Origin: a virus
Taxonomy: Duplodnaviria > Heunggongvirae > Uroviricota > Caudoviricetes
Reading direction: 5' to 3' (one strand)
Virus record (IMG/VR): IMGVR_UViG_3300028906_000002
DNA: 64,000 bases
This document shows, in pieces, positions 9,402-18,564 of the stretch. The first letter of the stretch is position 1; every line of letters starts with the position of its first letter. A program made the position numbers and the translations under genes. The notes beneath the pieces are model-generated. The model did not search any database and was not told the DNA's origin. It was given only the letters and a program-made list of their open reading frames with translations.

Positions 9402-9824
9402 TCATTTCTGCTCCGATATCGGTTTGACGGCGAGAACAACGATTTGAAGCTGATCCAGCACCTCATCGGTCACCAAATCGGAGAACCTCTGCACGCTCAA
9501 TTGCTGGCAAAGTTTCTTGAATTTATGATAGCGATTATAGGTTCCAATAGCAGCGGCGATTTCAGCATCGTTTGTATCATCCCATATACGCAGAGTTCTG
9601 CTGGCACCCCAGCCACGATCTCCAGTTTGAGTCGCGGTCCAATAGTCTTGACCCTTCCAGCCTTTGAAGGGACTCCATTGCTGTTTCGGCTCGCTCTTTA
9701 GCGTAAAACGTCCGCTCTTATGAACTTTAAGAACAAAGTCCTCGCGGTATCCCATTGCAGAATGACGATCACCGATATGGATCGCGACGCGTGCGCCTTC
9801 TTTGAAGGGAGAAATATCGCTCAT
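9402..9824 (-). CDS. hypothetical protein
   Basis: ORF 9402-9836. ATG at 9824. Confidence 0.4.
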   Translation of the reverse strand: MSDISPFKEGARVAIHIGDRHSAMGYREDFVLKVHKSGRFTLKSEPKQQWSPFKGWKGQDYWTATQTGDRGWGASRTLRIWDDTNDAEIAAAIGTYNRYHKFKKLCQQLSVQRFSDLVTDEVLDQLQIVVLAVKPISEQK

Positions 9825-9954
9825 GGCTAATTCCACCCTATCAGGTCAATTCCAGTTGCGAGACTGACGGTTAGAGCAAATGCCGCGATCATGGCACCAG
9901 CGCCCGCTGTTGCGAACCACTGCACGCGCTCAAGGATTTGGATCGTGCGGACGG

Positions 9955-10170
9955 TCATTGGCCGCGCTCCAAAACGCCGACAATCGTATGGCGTCCCCAA
10001 ATAGATGATCTCCGGAGGCTGTCATACTTATCGAGTACAACGACCATCTTGCCAGGAGGCGTTCCGATGCCAGCCGAAACGCGAACGACAACTTCGCGGG
10101 TACCGGATAAAATATCGCCAGGCTGAAGGGCATAAACTGGGATTCTCTTAATCTGTGTGGTTGATGTCAT
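9955..10170 (-). CDS. hypothetical 71-aa protein, first gene of leftward operon
   Basis: PGDILSGTREVVVRV...GKMVVVL has a weak beta-barrel (S24 or KOW-like) flavour but no catalytic Ser. Confidence 0.3.
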   Translation of the reverse strand: MTSTTQIKRIPVYALQPGDILSGTREVVVRVSAGIGTPPGKMVVVLDKYDSLRRSSIWGRHTIVGVLERGQ

Positions 10171-10241
10171 GGCATCTCTCCTGCTGCCCGTCCCTATTAA
10201 TCGATCTCCACAGGCCAGTCAAGGGAAATTCCCGCAGCCTC

Positions 10242-10270
10242 TTGCGATTTTTTACGCGACGTGGCATAAA
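10242..10270 (+). promoter_or_regulatory. candidate rightward promoter in divergent region
   Basis: TTGCGA, 17 bp, CATAAA ahead of the first rightward ORF. Leftward and rightward operons diverge between about 10170 and 10277. Confidence 0.2.
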
Positions 10271-10276
10271 GTTGAT

Positions 10277-10687
10277 ATGCAACCATCCAAAATCGAACGT
10301 CGAACGCAATGGAACCTGATCCAGATAGCAGAGGCGTGGTGTACAGTCACAGGCGGTAATCTATCGTCGGCAGGGCGCCAGGCGGTGGGTGATTCACGCT
10401 TTTTCACCAAATTGATAGAACGGTATGCGGCTGGAGAACGTGAGCCCGGAGACCGCGAGGGTTCTATTACGACACGGGTTTACGATGAAACTATTTCATG
10501 GTTCTGTGATCGCAAGAACTGGCCGGATGGCAAAGTAAGACTTCCGGATATTGACGATCCATTCAGCAAACCGAAAGGAAAGAAAAATGGCAGGTCGGCC
10601 AAAAGGCTCGAAGAACAAGAATCCACGCAAATCCAAGCAGGAAGCGGCCTCGCCAGCGACCTCCTCGCAAAGCTTCGGGGCGGCTGA
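10277..10687 (+). CDS. hypothetical protein
   Basis: ORF 10157-10687, probable start at Met41. The extension upstream of that would overlap the leftward gene. Confidence 0.35.
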   Translation: MQPSKIERRTQWNLIQIAEAWCTVTGGNLSSAGRQAVGDSRFFTKLIERYAAGEREPGDREGSITTRVYDETISWFCDRKNWPDGKVRLPDIDDPFSKPKGKKNGRSAKRLEEQESTQIQAGSGLASDLLAKLRGG

Positions 10688-11087
10688 GTTTAAGAAGCCC
10701 ATTCCGTCTGAGATTGTATCTCTTACTGCTGCACTGGATGAGTTAGACGGCGACAAGAAAGCCCTCACGGACAGCGGCAAGGATTGGATTGATTCGCTTT
10801 CAGAAACAAAGGGACTCGACAAAAAAGCCTTTGGTTGGGTTCGGACAATCTGGAAATACGTGCAGAAGGAACCCGAGAAATCCGCGATATCCATTCCTCA
10901 TTTCCTGTCCTACATGGCGGATTTGAAAATCGCGGAGACGGCCGATGCGAATCGGGGCATGGAGATCAACGGCGAGCCAAATGAGCCCGATATCTCGCAG
11001 GAAACCACTGGCGCCGAGACAGCATGGCCAGACGATCAGCAAATCAGATCGAGGCTGTCGATTGTTCCGGGCAGCGACGCGGCGTGA
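10587..11087 (+). CDS. hypothetical protein with AT-hook-like N-terminus
   Basis: MAGRPKGSKNKNPRK N-terminus. Acidic remainder. Confidence 0.35.
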   Translation: MAGRPKGSKNKNPRKSKQEAASPATSSQSFGAAEFKKPIPSEIVSLTAALDELDGDKKALTDSGKDWIDSLSETKGLDKKAFGWVRTIWKYVQKEPEKSAISIPHFLSYMADLKIAETADANRGMEINGEPNEPDISQETTGAETAWPDDQQIRSRLSIVPGSDAA

Positions 11088-11434
11088 CCGTCATCTGCCT
11101 TCCTATGTGCCCATCTACGAACGGGCTATTCGCCGGCAACGGCAAGCGCCGCTACAAGACCAAGGAATACGCCGCTTGGATTGAGGAAGCCGGATATGCG
11201 CTCAATCGGCAGAGACCGGAACCGATTCGCGGAAAGGTCCGTCTTTTGATTGAGATTGCTGAGCCAAAAGACGCAAAATATCGTGATTGCAGTAACTTAA
11301 TTAAGGCCCCAGAGGATTTATTAGTTCGGCATGGCATCATCGAAGGCGACGACCAACGATACGTCCGATCGGTTACCGCCGAATGGTCCCGGCATATCGA
11401 AGGCGTGCGAATCACCATCAGTCCGGTCGTCTGA
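11084..11434 (+). CDS. rusA: RusA-like Holliday junction resolvase
   Basis: LPMCPSTNGLF...RYKTKEY...RDCSNLIKAPEDLLVRHGIIEGDDQRYV matches the RusA signature. GTG start overlaps the upstream stop (GTGA). About 116 aa. Confidence 0.65.
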   Translation: MTVICLPMCPSTNGLFAGNGKRRYKTKEYAAWIEEAGYALNRQRPEPIRGKVRLLIEIAEPKDAKYRDCSNLIKAPEDLLVRHGIIEGDDQRYVRSVTAEWSRHIEGVRITISPVV

Positions 11435-11497
11435 TCTCCTAGCCCAGCTTCGCAGCAAAATACGGCCAATGAATATCCCGAAATTGGAAAGCGGCAA

Positions 11498-12112
11498 ATG
11501 AGCCAATTAGCGTCAGGATCGGGCGATAAGCGGCATGCGCTGAAAGTGCGGAAGGATGATCTTTATCAAACCCCGCCAGAAGCGGTTACGGCGCTCCTGC
11601 GCGCGGAGAATCTACCCGAGGTGGTTTGGGAGCCGGCCTGCGGTCCGGGCTCAATCGTGCGCGTCCTGAGAGAGTCCGGGCGACAAGTCTACGCGACCGA
11701 TCTTGTGGACTACGATTCGCCCGATCAGGATTGCGCCGGGTGGGACTTTTTAATGGAAAAGCAGGTTCCAATCGGGGTTGAGGCGATTATTACGAATCCT
11801 CCTTTTAAAAATGCTGCTGATTTTGTCCGGAAAGGGCTTGAGCTTTGTCCATTGGTAATCATGCTCATGCGGCTTGCTTTCCTAGAAGGTGTAGGCCGCT
11901 CTGACATTCTCGATGGAGGCTCGCTCGCCAGAGTTCATGTCTTTAAAAACCGCCTCCCTTTAATGCATAGAGAGGGATGGACAGGAAACGTATCGACCAA
12001 CACCATAGCTTTTGCATGGTTTGTTTTTAATAGGTCTCATACTGGACCCACAGAGATACATCGAATCGCTTGGCGTCGTGAGGTTGACTCCTGTTCTGAT
12101 TCAGACCTATAA
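11498..12112 (+). CDS. DNA N6-adenine/N4-cytosine methyltransferase
   Basis: SAM motif I (WEPACGPGS) and catalytic motif IV (ITNPPF). N-terminal YQTPP motif. Confidence 0.75.
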   Translation: MSQLASGSGDKRHALKVRKDDLYQTPPEAVTALLRAENLPEVVWEPACGPGSIVRVLRESGRQVYATDLVDYDSPDQDCAGWDFLMEKQVPIGVEAIITNPPFKNAADFVRKGLELCPLVIMLMRLAFLEGVGRSDILDGGSLARVHVFKNRLPLMHREGWTGNVSTNTIAFAWFVFNRSHTGPTEIHRIAWRREVDSCSDSDL

Positions 12113-12120
12113 AACGAAAC

Positions 12121-12145
12121 AACCCGCCGGGGCTTGGGCGGGTTG
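12121..12145 (+). terminator. GC hairpin after the methyltransferase gene (weak terminator candidate)
   Basis: AACCCGCC-ggggcttg-GGCGGGTT stem-loop. No U-tract. Confidence 0.2.
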
Positions 12146-12275
12146 CACGTAGCTTAAGTCCGATGGTTGCTGCCAGGCGATTTCGGACAGGAATTGATTT
12201 AGGGCGTTATCCGTCCCCCGTCAACCCTGTATCCCAACCCCGCCCAAGTGCCATCGGTTCCTATAGGGGAATCGA

Positions 12276-12629
12276 ATGAGCCGCTGGTTTCGAATTTATG
12301 ACGATTTGGTCCACGACAGGAAGGTGCAAGACCTTCCTGGGCCAACGTTCAAAGGTTGGATAAACATTCTCTGTCTTGCCTCGAAGCACGAGGGCGTTCT
12401 TCCTCCGCTCAGAGATATCGCCTTTGCCCTTCGGCTTCCTGAAGAAAAAGCTTCCAAACTAATCGACGCTCTCACCGACGCATGTCTGCTAGATAGATTG
12501 CAGGATGGCAATCTAGCGCCGCACAATTGGGATTCCCGTCAGCATAAAAGCGATAGCTCAACCGAGCGCGTAAAAGCATTCCGGGAACGGCAGAAGAATG
12601 TTTCATTGAAACTAATTGAAACATCATGA
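12276..12629 (+). CDS. putative replication-associated winged-helix protein
   Basis: 117 aa. The N-terminal pattern resembles phage replication organiser N-domains. The 3' end runs into the iteron array. Confidence 0.3.
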   Translation: MSRWFRIYDDLVHDRKVQDLPGPTFKGWINILCLASKHEGVLPPLRDIAFALRLPEEKASKLIDALTDACLLDRLQDGNLAPHNWDSRQHKSDSSTERVKAFRERQKNVSLKLIETS

Positions 12630-12706
12630 AACAGTTTCGTAACCGTTTACGTAGCGGTTTCCCTCTGAGTCTGTTTCTGAGTCTGAGTCTGTATCTGCTT
12701 CTGTAT
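12603..12706. repeat. iteron-like repeat array (origin or operator candidate)
   Basis: 3x TGAAAC at about 11-bp phasing, then 4x GTTTC/GTTTA in inverted orientation at 11-12-bp phasing, then 3x CTGAGTCTG direct repeats and 2x TCTG(C/T)TT. Confidence 0.4.
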
Positions 12707-12791
12707 AGAGGCTATCCAGTAAAGATTCTTAGTAAGGGTACGTATGTGACCGACCGACGAAAGTACTATTATACCACAAGGAAATCAGACG

Positions 12792-13178
12792 ATGAAACTG
12801 ACGCTGGATGAGATCGAGGCAGGCAAATCCGAACGAGGGGGGTGGACTAGGACGACATTAGCGGGCTGGGGAGTGCCATGGCCGCCTCCGAAGGGGTGGA
12901 AGGACCAACTACTAGCTGGAACCGCACCAGCGCCCTCGCCAGCCTCACTGGAGGCCCATCTATTGCGCGAGGTAGTCATGGCGGTGATCAATGCGGGGCA
13001 AAATGACATCCTGAAGGGCTTGGAGGGCATGAATGCTTACTACGGAAGTTCCCTTCCGACCGTGGCGGATATCGTCGGCGGCCGACCCAAGACGGCGATC
13101 ATTGAAGGCGGCATCACGTGGGAGGACAAAGTTTATCGATTTTCGGTCGCACGGACGATCGGGGGAGACGGCCGATGA
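12792..13178 (+). CDS. hypothetical protein
   Basis: 128 aa. Stop overlaps the helicase start (ATGA). Confidence 0.4.
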   Translation: MKLTLDEIEAGKSERGGWTRTTLAGWGVPWPPPKGWKDQLLAGTAPAPSPASLEAHLLREVVMAVINAGQNDILKGLEGMNAYYGSSLPTVADIVGGRPKTAIIEGGITWEDKVYRFSVARTIGGDGR

Positions 13179-14701
13179 TCTCGGAACTTCGTCCGTACCA
13201 ACTGCAGGCCCTAGCTGACATTCGGGATTCGGTCAGGTCTGGGGTGAAAAGGCTGGTGGTCCAAGCGGCCACAGGCGCCGGAAAAACTAAGTTAGCCGCA
13301 GCGATCGTGGAAGGAGCACGCGAAAAACGTAATCGGGTAGCGTTCGTGTGCCCAGCAATTAGCCTGATCGACCAAACAGTCGAAAGTTTTTACGCAGAAG
13401 GCATTCACGATATCGGTGTGGTGCAGAGCAACCACGAAATGACTGATTCTGCTCAGCCGGTCCAGGTCTGTTCCATCCAGACAGTGCAGAGACGTGGATT
13501 TCCCCATTCTAATGTCGTGATATTCGATGAGATTCATCGGCTTCATGATGCGCATAAGACGTGGATCAAACATCCCGATTGGCAAGCTATACCGATGATA
13601 GGACTGTCGGCAACGCCGTGGACGAAAGGGCTTGGTAAATACTTTGATAGCCTCTTGATTGCTGCAACGACACAGGAATTGATTGAACAAGGATATCTTT
13701 CGCCATTCAGAGTTTTTAGCACGGGTCACCCTGATCTTTCTGGGGTTAAGATAGTTGCGGGTGACTATCAAGAAAATCAGCTTAGCGCTGCGATGCAAGG
13801 TGGCGAGTTAACAGCGGATATTATCCGGACGTGGCAGGAAAAATGGGGGAAAGACAAAACGCTGTGCTTTGGCGTCGATAAAGCCCACGCGAAATCGATC
13901 CAAGAACGATTCGAACATGCGGGTATCACTTGTGGCTATCAGGATGCTGAGACCACGGCTGATGAACGTCGTGAGATCAAACGCAAGTTCCACAACGGAG
14001 AATATCGGGTAGTTTCTAATATCCAGACGCTAACAACTGGCGTGGATTGGGACTGTCGGTGCTTGATCTTGGCGCGGCCGACCCGATCGGAAATGCTTTT
14101 CGTTCAAATTATTGGGAGAGCATTGAGGACAGCGCCAGGAAAATTGGAAGCGTTGATTCTCGATCATTCCGACACCACGGCAAAGCTTGGTTTTGTTACT
14201 GACATTCATCACGAGCATCTTGATTCCGGGAAGGCAAATACGAAAGCTGCACCGCAGGAACGCAAAGAGCCTTTGCCAAAGGAATGTGAATCCTGCACCT
14301 ATCTCATGCCGCCGAGGGTACCGATCTGTCCTAATTGCGGGCATCAGAGAAAGCCGGTCTGTTCGATTATGGAGCAAGACGGTGAATTGGTTGAGATCGT
14401 GCCAGGCCAACTTGGCAAGATCGGTAAAAAGAAGGATTGGACGTATAAAGAAAAGCACATCTTTTTGGCTGAGTTGAAGGGATATGCTCGTCAGCACGGG
14501 TATAAACCTGGGTGGGCCGGAATGAAATTCCGCGAAAAGTTTGGCGAATTTCCACCCCGTTATATGGATAAGATCGAACCTGCCACTGAGCTTTCACCCG
14601 GTGTTGCCCTGTGGATTAGAAGCCGAAATATTGCTTTTCATAAAGCCAGAGCAAAACAGAATGCCACGGTTGAACATTCGGTAAATACCGATGAGCAATG
14701 A
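13175..14701 (+). CDS. SF2 (DEAD/DEAH-type) DNA helicase
   Basis: Walker A AATGAGKT, DEIH box, SAT motif, and motif VI QIIGRALR. C-terminal Cys4 zinc ribbon (CESC...CPNC). Likely start is Met20 of ORF 13118. Confidence 0.75.
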   Translation: MISELRPYQLQALADIRDSVRSGVKRLVVQAATGAGKTKLAAAIVEGAREKRNRVAFVCPAISLIDQTVESFYAEGIHDIGVVQSNHEMTDSAQPVQVCSIQTVQRRGFPHSNVVIFDEIHRLHDAHKTWIKHPDWQAIPMIGLSATPWTKGLGKYFDSLLIAATTQELIEQGYLSPFRVFSTGHPDLSGVKIVAGDYQENQLSAAMQGGELTADIIRTWQEKWGKDKTLCFGVDKAHAKSIQERFEHAGITCGYQDAETTADERREIKRKFHNGEYRVVSNIQTLTTGVDWDCRCLILARPTRSEMLFVQIIGRALRTAPGKLEALILDHSDTTAKLGFVTDIHHEHLDSGKANTKAAPQERKEPLPKECESCTYLMPPRVPICPNCGHQRKPVCSIMEQDGELVEIVPGQLGKIGKKKDWTYKEKHIFLAELKGYARQHGYKPGWAGMKFREKFGEFPPRYMDKIEPATELSPGVALWIRSRNIAFHKARAKQNATVEHSVNTDEQ

Positions 14702-14921
14702 CGACGACCACAAGGATTTTGTGCTCTCGGCTCTCCGATCGGCAAGCCTGCGGGCAAGAATGTACGAGATCGAAATACAGAGCATCGGCATAGCGCTGAA
14801 AGGTGATATGGTTTCGGTAATTGAGGCTCTGAAATGGATAAAGGATATCGGAGCGTGGGAATTGATTGGTAAAATACCGGATGAAATCGTGGAGACGGCC
14901 GAAAAAAATGCCGGTGGATAG
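14691..14921 (+). CDS. hypothetical protein
   Basis: 76-aa ORF, small overlap with helicase end. Confidence 0.35.
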   Translation: MSNDDDHKDFVLSALRSASLRARMYEIEIQSIGIALKGDMVSVIEALKWIKDIGAWELIGKIPDEIVETAEKNAGG

Positions 14922-14992
14922 CGCGGAACCATATTTTTGTCGGCTAATAAGGCTGATACACACGGAGGAACTGATTCCCTGGGATAACGGCT

Positions 14993-15193
14993 ATGTGCGA
15001 CAGCGATCTATTCGACGCGACGATTCATTCTGGCATTGCGATGGGAACATGCGTCATGCTGGAAAATAACGATCTGGTTTATGCTGGACCGCTATGCGAT
15101 GCGAGGCGCCCTGATCCGGCTGGCAAAATGACGCTGTTGCACCCAGACGATTTTGCGCAATTGAAGCAGCATGTGGATTCGCGGAGGCATTAG
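14993..15193 (+). CDS. hypothetical protein
   Basis: 66-aa ORF. Confidence 0.25.
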   Translation: MCDSDLFDATIHSGIAMGTCVMLENNDLVYAGPLCDARRPDPAGKMTLLHPDDFAQLKQHVDSRRH

Positions 15194-15195
15194 CC

Positions 15196-15405
15196 GTGGC
15201 GCTGATTCTATCGCAATTGGATAAACTATCGCTTATGCGAAAAACTGGATGCATGCATGTCTGCGAGGAATGTGGCCAACGCTTTCGTCGGATGTCCGAT
15301 CCGAGGTATACCACCCCGATTTGTGGTGGGTGTTTCCCGCCGCCGAGCATTGCATTTCGGTGCGCGATCCCCTATTCTACGCAAACGTCCTCCAAGGGCG
15401 ATTGA
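15196..15405 (+). CDS. hypothetical zinc-ribbon protein
   Basis: CEECG...CGGC. Confidence 0.3.
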   Translation: MALILSQLDKLSLMRKTGCMHVCEECGQRFRRMSDPRYTTPICGGCFPPPSIAFRCAIPYSTQTSSKGD

Positions 15406-15549
15406 TCCTCCCTGGTCAACAGGGGTGCCCGATGCCCTGCTGCAACTCGGTTTCCGGGCACCCCTCATCATCCTGAAAATAATTCAAAATAGGGCTTGCG
15501 GGTTTTCCCGCTTCGTGTCATGATCTCTTTGCAGCAGGAGATACCGATC

Positions 15550-15723
15550 ATGCCCCTAACCAAATCGCAACTTTTCTCGCACGTCCATTCGATTTGCCGT
15601 ACCAAGAACGTCGCCTATTTCGGCGGCTATCAGAAGGCGTTCGGCCACTACCTGCGCATTTGCGCATCTGAGAAGCTGGGCTATGGTTTCCAGGTCGTCG
15701 AACCGGCGCGGGTGTGGGCATGA
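15550..15723 (+). CDS. hypothetical protein
   Basis: Internal Met19 of ORF 15496-15723. Confidence 0.3.
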   Translation: MPLTKSQLFSHVHSICRTKNVAYFGGYQKAFGHYLRICASEKLGYGFQVVEPARVWA

Positions 15724-15917
15724 AGACAGCATCAATTGAGTTTGAAAAGGCGCTTTCATTTCGTCCGCAAATCGCCCGGGAACGATATGGAAAAGAACCA
15801 TGTATTCGTGATTTGATTTTCCAATACTATCGGAATCAATTCAGGGCAGAAACTGCGGACGAATTGACCAAGGCATATACTGATCAGATATTTCAGATGC
15901 TTGGAATTGAGTCATGA
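15714..15917 (+). CDS. hypothetical protein
   Basis: 67-aa ORF. ATGA-coupled to a downstream 47-aa ORF (about 15914-16057). Confidence 0.35.
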   Translation: MGMKTASIEFEKALSFRPQIARERYGKEPCIRDLIFQYYRNQFRAETADELTKAYTDQIFQMLGIES

Positions 15918-16053
15918 CCGATCTCCGCACAGCGCTACAATCTCGCCTAGACCGCTACCGAGCGCAATACCGAGACGGGGCGATCTCGGCGGCAGAGTTT
16001 CGGCGGCGGCTGGTGATGCTGCCTTATGTGAAACTGGATGAGGAGATCGCTGA

Positions 16054-16296
16054 GTGAGCGATAAGATCAAGGCCATGGAGATGCGCCATGCGATTGACCA
16101 AATCGAATTGGCGGTGATGGGACTTGGTGAATTTGTCGCACTTCCCAAGATTTTCGATGGCGCGTCGGATGATCTTATCGTGATGCCAAAACTCAAACTG
16201 GCTGAGGTGCGGCGTGTCTGCAGAGCGTTGACGGAATGTACCAGAATTATAAATTCTCCGGAGTTTGATAAATTTATCGCCATCCAAAAGGTCTAG
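16054..16296 (+). CDS. hypothetical protein
   Basis: GTG start overlapping the upstream stop. Confidence 0.35.
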   Translation: MSDKIKAMEMRHAIDQIELAVMGLGEFVALPKIFDGASDDLIVMPKLKLAEVRRVCRALTECTRIINSPEFDKFIAIQKV

Positions 16297-16298
16297 CC

Positions 16299-16574
16299 AT
16301 GACGCGCGCTGCAATTCTCGCTCTCGCCCTGATCTCGATCGCCGCACCAGCAATGGCCGATCACACGACACAGCGGCCAATTCAAGAATGCGTGGTGATT
16401 CACCAAGTCGGCATGGTTCGAAACGCCACACCGGCCGAGGTGGCTAGTGGAATCAAGGTTCCATGCTATCTCAATGATGATGACGCGGTGCGATATTATT
16501 TCCGTAAGCTACAAGAGCGAGAGGAAGAGTTTTGTCAGCGCTGTTGCTGCGCTGTTGGATGGGAGGAACGATAA
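16299..16574 (+). CDS. secreted hypothetical protein (signal peptide)
   Basis: MTRAAILALALISIAAPAMA then a Cys-rich mature part. Confidence 0.4.
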   Translation: MTRAAILALALISIAAPAMADHTTQRPIQECVVIHQVGMVRNATPAEVASGIKVPCYLNDDDAVRYYFRKLQEREEEFCQRCCCAVGWEER

Positions 16575-16689
16575 TGCTGACATTAGCTCTGATCGGAGCC
16601 GCTACGGTCGCCGTCATTGTGATCCGTGAGGCGCGCTATCAGTGGAAAACACGCAACTGGAAGCCTACGCCCTGGCTTTGTTTGCCGCG

Positions 16690-16986
16690 ATGACCAGCAC
16701 CTTCTTCCTCATCGCCGCTCTCGGCGCGTTGATTATGCCGGCTGAAGCGCACGATTGGTATCCGCTTGAATGCTGTGGCGGCCATGAATGCCATCCTATC
16801 CCTTGTGAGGAAATCAAATCGGATGGCCCCGATATTGTCTGGAAGGGTTTCAGAACCAGGAGAGAATTTGCGTGGCATTCGCAGGACGATAAATGCCATA
16901 TCTGTCTCATTGATGAGAGCGACACTCGCACTCTTCCGCGATGTTGGTTTATGCCTCGCGATAAAACCCCGGACCCCACATCATGA
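16690..16986 (+). CDS. Cys-rich secreted protein
   Basis: Signal peptide MTSTFFLIAALGALIMPAEA. Mature part contains CCGGHECHPIPC. First 46 nt duplicated at 19496. Confidence 0.45.
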   Translation: MTSTFFLIAALGALIMPAEAHDWYPLECCGGHECHPIPCEEIKSDGPDIVWKGFRTRREFAWHSQDDKCHICLIDESDTRTLPRCWFMPRDKTPDPTS

Positions 16987-17081
16987 TCAGAACAATCCTT
17001 CTTTTTATCGCTCTCGGCGCGTTCCTGGTCGGCACCGTGATCCCGCTCGGCAGGATATTCTACATGTACAACATCGAGTAG
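16983..17081 (+). CDS. 32-aa membrane peptide
   Basis: MIRTILLFIALGAFLVGTVIPLGRIFYMYNIE. Paralog of the N-terminus of the 19652 gene. Confidence 0.25.
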   Translation: MIRTILLFIALGAFLVGTVIPLGRIFYMYNIE

Positions 17082-17140
17082 CATCCGCAGATGTGCGGAG
17101 TGCCAGGCGATTATCGGCCGTGCGAGGTGATGCCGTGAAA

Positions 17141-17395
17141 ATGTCCGAACTGATAGCAGCTGTCGGCGATGAGAACGTGCGGTTTCAAAACTTGGACCAG
17201 GATGCGCACACCGTGGACAAGACCAAGCATGGTACGAAAATATCGTTCTACACCGACGCCATCCAGGCCGAAGAACTGCTCGGTGGTGGCAAGACGGAGA
17301 AGATCGGATTGGTGTTGTGGCTGCCACGAGATCGTGTTGATGCGGCAATCGCAGCGGCAAAGGCCGGAACAACTGCTTATCGAAAGGACGAGTGA
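17141..17395 (+). CDS. hypothetical protein (84 aa)
   Basis: Internal Met of ORF 16766-17395. The upstream part of that ORF overlaps better-supported genes. Confidence 0.4.
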   Translation: MSELIAAVGDENVRFQNLDQDAHTVDKTKHGTKISFYTDAIQAEELLGGGKTEKIGLVLWLPRDRVDAAIAAAKAGTTAYRKDE

Positions 17396-17399
17396 TCCC

Positions 17400-17660
17400 G
17401 TGGATAGATTATCTAGCGCGCATCGCGATTTGCTCAATCCGTACGGCGAGATTTTCGGGCAAATGAACGAGAAGGTTTTTGATCTGCCCGACGCTGATTT
17501 GAAGGCGCTCGGCGAGGCTGTCGATGCTGTCGATAGCGGGAACTGTTGGTGCATGATCTATGACGCCGCGAAATGGCTCCGCGTTCAGATCGACGAAGAA
17601 CTCGCCCGCCGGATCGATAGGGATACAGCGTTAAAGGCCTCACAGGGAAAAGTCAGATGA
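17400..17660 (+). CDS. hypothetical protein
   Basis: In-frame GTG of ORF 17169-17660. C-terminus ...TALKASQGKVR shares a conserved 3' junction with downstream genes. Confidence 0.3.
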   Translation: MDRLSSAHRDLLNPYGEIFGQMNEKVFDLPDADLKALGEAVDAVDSGNCWCMIYDAAKWLRVQIDEELARRIDRDTALKASQGKVR

Positions 17661-17836
17661 CTAAGTTTAGCATTGGCGATTGTCGCTATGAAATCCGAGA
17701 GGACTTGAACGGCGCCTTCCACGTTCTTGATCTCGTAAACCATAGACGGCTAGCCACCTTCAATCAGTTCAAGGATGCCATGACGTTCGCGAAACAAGCA
17801 GCGTTAAAGACCGCACAGGGAAAATCCGATGAGTGA
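17657..17836 (+). CDS. hypothetical protein (59 aa)
   Basis: ATGA-coupled to the upstream gene. C-terminus ...AALKTAQGKSDE. Confidence 0.35.
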   Translation: MTKFSIGDCRYEIREDLNGAFHVLDLVNHRRLATFNQFKDAMTFAKQAALKTAQGKSDE

Positions 17837-18002
17837 TCTCGCTCAAGCCTTCTTCGCGCTCATCGGCCTCGTGATTGCGGTCGGTTGTTGCGGCGGCTCA
17901 TTCGCGTTCGGTGCCTGCCTGGTCTGCCGATGGATGGAGTGGTCACCGGTCAATACCACGATCAACGTCTTCACCGAGACCGCACAGGGAGAACAGAAGT
18001 GA
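17829..18002 (+). CDS. 57-aa membrane protein
   Basis: MSDLAQAFFALIGLVIAVGCCGGSFAFGACLVCRW... C-terminus TETAQGEQK. ATGA-coupled. Confidence 0.35.
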   Translation: MSDLAQAFFALIGLVIAVGCCGGSFAFGACLVCRWMEWSPVNTTINVFTETAQGEQK

Positions 18003-18265
18003 CTCCGGTTCAACGAAGAATGGTGCGCCATGCCCTTGGCCTCGGAGAGGATCGCAAGCGATCTTATCGCAATCGGTACGTCGCGGCCCTGGGCGGCCCT
18101 CAGGAAGATGAATGGAATGCGCTTTGCCGGGATGGGCTTGCGATGCGCGGTAGGGACCGCGCCGCCTCCGTCGGATTTTGTCTGACTGAGGCCGGCGCTC
18201 TTGAGGCGCTTGACCCCGGAGAAATCCTTGATTTCGAGGATTTTCCAGCTTTGTACACCACTTAA
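17999..18265 (+). CDS. hypothetical protein
   Basis: GTG overlapping the upstream stop. Rest of ORF 17885-18265. Confidence 0.3.
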   Translation: MTPVQRRMVRHALGLGEDRKRSYRNRYVAALGGPQEDEWNALCRDGLAMRGRDRAASVGFCLTEAGALEALDPGEILDFEDFPALYTT

Positions 18266-18275
18266 GGAATATCTC

Positions 18276-18551
18276 ATGAGCACCAAACTTGATGCAAAGT
18301 TCTCCGGCGTGATATTCAAAATCAAAAATGGTGCAATCGTTCCGGACGACGAATACATGGTGTTCCTCGCCAAGGACGCGGCTTTCTGGAACACGATCAA
18401 CTTTTACTATGAGGAATGCAAGCGGCTTGGCTCCGATGAGGAACAGCTCGCGGCGGTTAGCCGCGCGATCGAGCGGGTTCGCACATGGCGAGATGTGAAT
18501 CACAATCGCATCAAGGTACCTGACGCCAAAGGCGAGCGATTGGTCGGATGA
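18276..18551 (+). CDS. hypothetical protein
   Basis: ATG with AAGGAA RBS. Met26 of ORF 18201. Confidence 0.4.
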   Translation: MSTKLDAKFSGVIFKIKNGAIVPDDEYMVFLAKDAAFWNTINFYYEECKRLGSDEEQLAAVSRAIERVRTWRDVNHNRIKVPDAKGERLVG

Positions 18552-18564
18552 TTGCTCTAACGAG

